Assembly (NCBI RefSeq): GCF_006345805.1
Contig: NW_021828395.1
Span: forward strand, 1 to 8,627
Length of the DNA: 8,627 nucleotides
From: Octopus sinensis
Lineage: Eukaryota
Direction of reading: 5' to 3'
Every line of letters begins with the position of its first letter. Position 1 is the stretch's first letter. Shown in pieces: positions 6,861 through 8,627 of the stretch. A program made the translations under genes and the position numbers. The notes beneath the pieces were generated by a model. That model made no database searches and had not been told where the DNA came from. It saw only the letters and a list, made by a program, of their open reading frames with translations.

Positions 6861-8087
6861 TTTTTTTTTTTTTTTATATTAAATTTATTATTAATAATGT
6901 CAGTTAATAAATTCAGGGAAGAGATTGATTTGAGAAATCAATTGAGGAGAGCCCGCTGCCTGTATGGAAAGCGAGTTCCCTCGGAGTATGGCTATTCCGA
7001 TCCTTTGTCTTAGCCATACTCCTTCACGAGGATCATTTTCTTTGTGGCGAGCATTCTTCCGAGTTCGCGCAAGAACTCGGCAGTCGCTGGGCCAACAGCT
7101 CCTGATGACTCAGCCGCAACAGGGGTGAATCTGTAGCGGTCCCCGAGGAAGGAATATTTTTTGGTTTTAAGGTTTTCCGCGATTGAGGCAGCTGCTCCAG
7201 GTGTCTGAACCGATTTAAGGAGATTCGTGCTTGAGTAAGTATCGACGCAAGTTGCGTCCCAGACCAAAGATCGTCCGGAGTTGAAAGGGAAGAGAGTCAT
7301 CCCGTCAGGTCTCTTTCCATCACCTCGATCGAGACCCACTGGTTCAAGCTGTGCTGGGAAGCCTGCAGCATTCAGAGCTCTGACGATCACGTCGTTCAGA
7401 GCGGCGTGACGTGGTCCTCTTCCGGCGGATCTCCTGCAGGATAGCGGGTGCAATCCCTTCGCATCGACCGTTTACCCGCAGCGGCATCGGTGCTCCTGGC
7501 AAACGTCTAGTCCAAGTCTTTGTCCGATTCCAATCCTCAAAGAATCGTCGTCCAAAAAAGTCCCGAGATTTGGGCAAGGGATTGCACCAAGCCATGCTCC
7601 GCTCCCTCCACTTGAGGCTGACACCAGGCAAGCAAGGCGATGTTGATTTGCTTCTTTTTTAAGCCCTTCTGAAATTTTGGAGCAGACAATGTTATCCCAG
7701 TTCCTTTGTTTCGTTGTGTCTTCGGGGATTTTGAGTCCTGACCCGTTCCAATCCCGGCAAGCTTCATCAAATGACTCATTCCAGCGAAGTCCAATAGTGT
7801 GACGAAGGACTTGCCGTGTCAAATGGTTGCAGCTTGAGAGAGACGAAAGATATGTCGGGTACGCGACCTCCAGCGCCGATCTTAGACCGACGCCCCCAAA
7901 TCCAGAGGGAAGCTTACATTGCTTCCAACCGAGTTCGTCGAAGCGGACGTTGATTAGTGACTCAACAGTTTGTTTGAGAGATTTGTCTATCGAAAGTAGA
8001 CTGTCGTAATGTTCGTGGCAGGGTGAACTTCGCAGTAGGTATAAAAGCTTGGGTAGTCCGATGTTGTTTCTCATCAGGAAGAAGGAT
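6861..8087 (-). mobile_element. CRE-like non-LTR retrotransposon copy 2 (5'-truncated in the distal RT region; zinc knuckle and RLE)
   Basis: ORFs 7472..8074 and 7010..7453 are the same frame separated by one TAA: LPKLLYLLRSSPC..CKLPSGFGGVGLR..SGAWLGAIPCPNLGTFLDDDSLRIGIGQRLG..CRCG*TVDAKGLHPLSC..RH..LEPVGLDRGDGKRPDG..VWDATCVDT..AENLKTKKY. After a -1 shift near 7037: DPREGVWLRQRIGIAILRGN..FIN*, stop at 6900-6902. AATAAA at 6889-6884, poly(A) 6875-6861 (15 nt). Imperfect TSD GAAGAA(A)TTTT at 6854-6864 and 8088-8097. Confidence 0.93.
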
Positions 8088-8182
8088 GAAGAATTTTAAA
8101 TTAATTGTCCGTCCTTGTTATTGTCGAGTTCGAGGACAACTCGCCTGTAGGCGAATCGAGTTCCAGGACAACTCCGTCAGCC

Positions 8183-8258
8183 TCAAACAAATCTTTGAAT
8201 CTAAGTATATCCGCTTCTAGTTCCTTCAAATGTTGACAATATGTCATAATATTGTTTT
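8183..8258 (+). repeat. Direct duplication of hAT coding sequence, right copy (partner 5349-5427)
   Basis: Same sequence as 5349-5427 apart from the missing AGA and one T>C change; it continues directly into upstream hAT coding sequence. Confidence 0.95.
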
Positions 8259-8467
8259 GACTAAAATATTTACTTATCTCAGATAGTTGTGAAATGTTTC
8301 CAAACTGATTTATAGAAAAATTATGTCGATAAAGCAATAATTTTCTTGCAAATGTTTTCATTATTCTTTTGCAATCAATCATGTTGACAAAATTTACTTT
8401 GAATAAACCCATATTTTAAATATTCGTTTTGATGATTACGACTATTCTTATTTGAGCGAGAAGACAT
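8183..8467 (-). pseudogene. hAT transposase N-terminus fused by an internal deletion to the C-terminal third
   Basis: ATG at 8467: MSSRSNKNSRNHQNEYLKYGFIQS (resembles the R.Y.xEYLKYGF start of Charlie/SCAND3 transposases), joined near 8400, out of frame, to KVNFVNMIDCKRIMKTFARKLLLYRHNF..YCQHLKELEAD. Confidence 0.75.
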
Positions 8468-8599
8468 CTTGGATATCAAACAAGGATGTAAAAACTGCGT
8501 GTTATTTTGAATATAAAATTTATATTAATAAATCTGAAATATTATTAAAATTAACATGTATAAATACTTGTATTATATTTAAATTCGAATATTTCACCC

Positions 8600-8627
8600 T
8601 CATTGACTTAATTATCGCCACCCTGTA
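8600..8627 (-). mobile_element. Possible Tc1/mariner-type terminus at the window edge
   Basis: Minus strand begins TA|CAGGGTGGCGATAATTAAGT, resembling TA-flanked CAGGGTG ends. No partner in the window, and it does not match the hAT terminus at 3148 beyond CAGG. Confidence 0.3.

Larger units (their letters stand above)
5428..8182 (-). mobile_element. Mutator-superfamily element with FLYWCH+MULE transposase (Phantom-like) and palindromic TIRs
   Basis: Inverted repeat 5450-5491 versus 8105-8146 (41/42), built from GGACAACTCGCC/GGCGAGTTGTCC motifs. It encloses the transposase pseudogene and CRE-like copy 2, and interrupts the hAT ORF. Confidence 0.82.
3148..8467 (-). mobile_element. Internally deleted Charlie/SCAND3(ZBED)-like hAT DNA transposon, split by three insertions
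   Basis: Terminus-like CAGGAATTCTCAACCTTTTT at 3148, preceded by ATCTAATC (resembles the recalled Charlie-type TIR and NTCTAGAN target). Collinear transposase fragments on the minus strand: MSSRSNKNSRNHQNEYLKYGFI (8467-8402), MKTFARKLLLYRHN..YCQHLKELEAD..RFKDLF (about 8400-8183), RFKDLFDLEFEAWLIDPF..ETI*EE (5427-5268), EEIIKLKNNEE..KFW*SKDLQMKFPNLW..FPTTYLVESGFS..RGDIRIKL (5011 to about 4720). The other TIR is not recognised in the window. Confidence 0.8.

Noticed and set aside
385-7040. Copies 1 and 2 both shift -1 within a few bases of the DPRE motif (near 388 and 7037), suggesting programmed frameshifting
   Set aside because: Copy 3 is in frame there, the local sequences differ with no shared slippery site, and copy 1 has many other -1 shifts.
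1650-7474. Premature stops fall where Gln (TAA/TAG: ETI*EE, FW*SK, CG*TVD, SE*LF) or Trp (TGA: R*RC, NC*NK) would fit, hinting at a reassigned genetic code
   Set aside because: These are the usual C>T and G>A nonsense transitions. The 200-aa ORF 7472..8074 encodes all 7 Gln and 5 Trp with standard codons, and the same elements carry frameshifts.

Overview
AT-rich eukaryotic DNA made almost entirely of nested, decayed transposable elements; no intact cellular gene is visible. Left part: a (CAGA/CACA)n-containing, probably Helitron-type non-autonomous element interrupted by a 5'-truncated CRE-like (RLE-type) non-LTR retrotransposon (208-821, - strand), then a possible tRNA-derived SINE-like element and a degenerate pogo/Tigger transposase (- strand). 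Right part (3148 to at least 8467): one internally deleted Charlie/SCAND3-like hAT element (- strand). It hosts a TA-flanked pogo/Tigger deletion derivative (3265-4566), a 256-bp CRE-like insertion with a 5' inversion (5012-5267) and a FLYWCH+MULE (Phantom-like) element (5428-8182), which itself carries a third CRE-like copy (6861-8087). Three observations stand out. (1) (TTAGGG)n telomeric repeats sit exactly between the target-site duplication and the truncated 5' end of the first CRE-like copy, in register with the target's 3' TAGG. (2) A twin-priming-type inversion occurs in an RLE-type retroelement. (3) The MULE is flanked by a 79/76-bp host duplication instead of a short TSD. All family assignments come from manual translation and motif recall; no database search was run.
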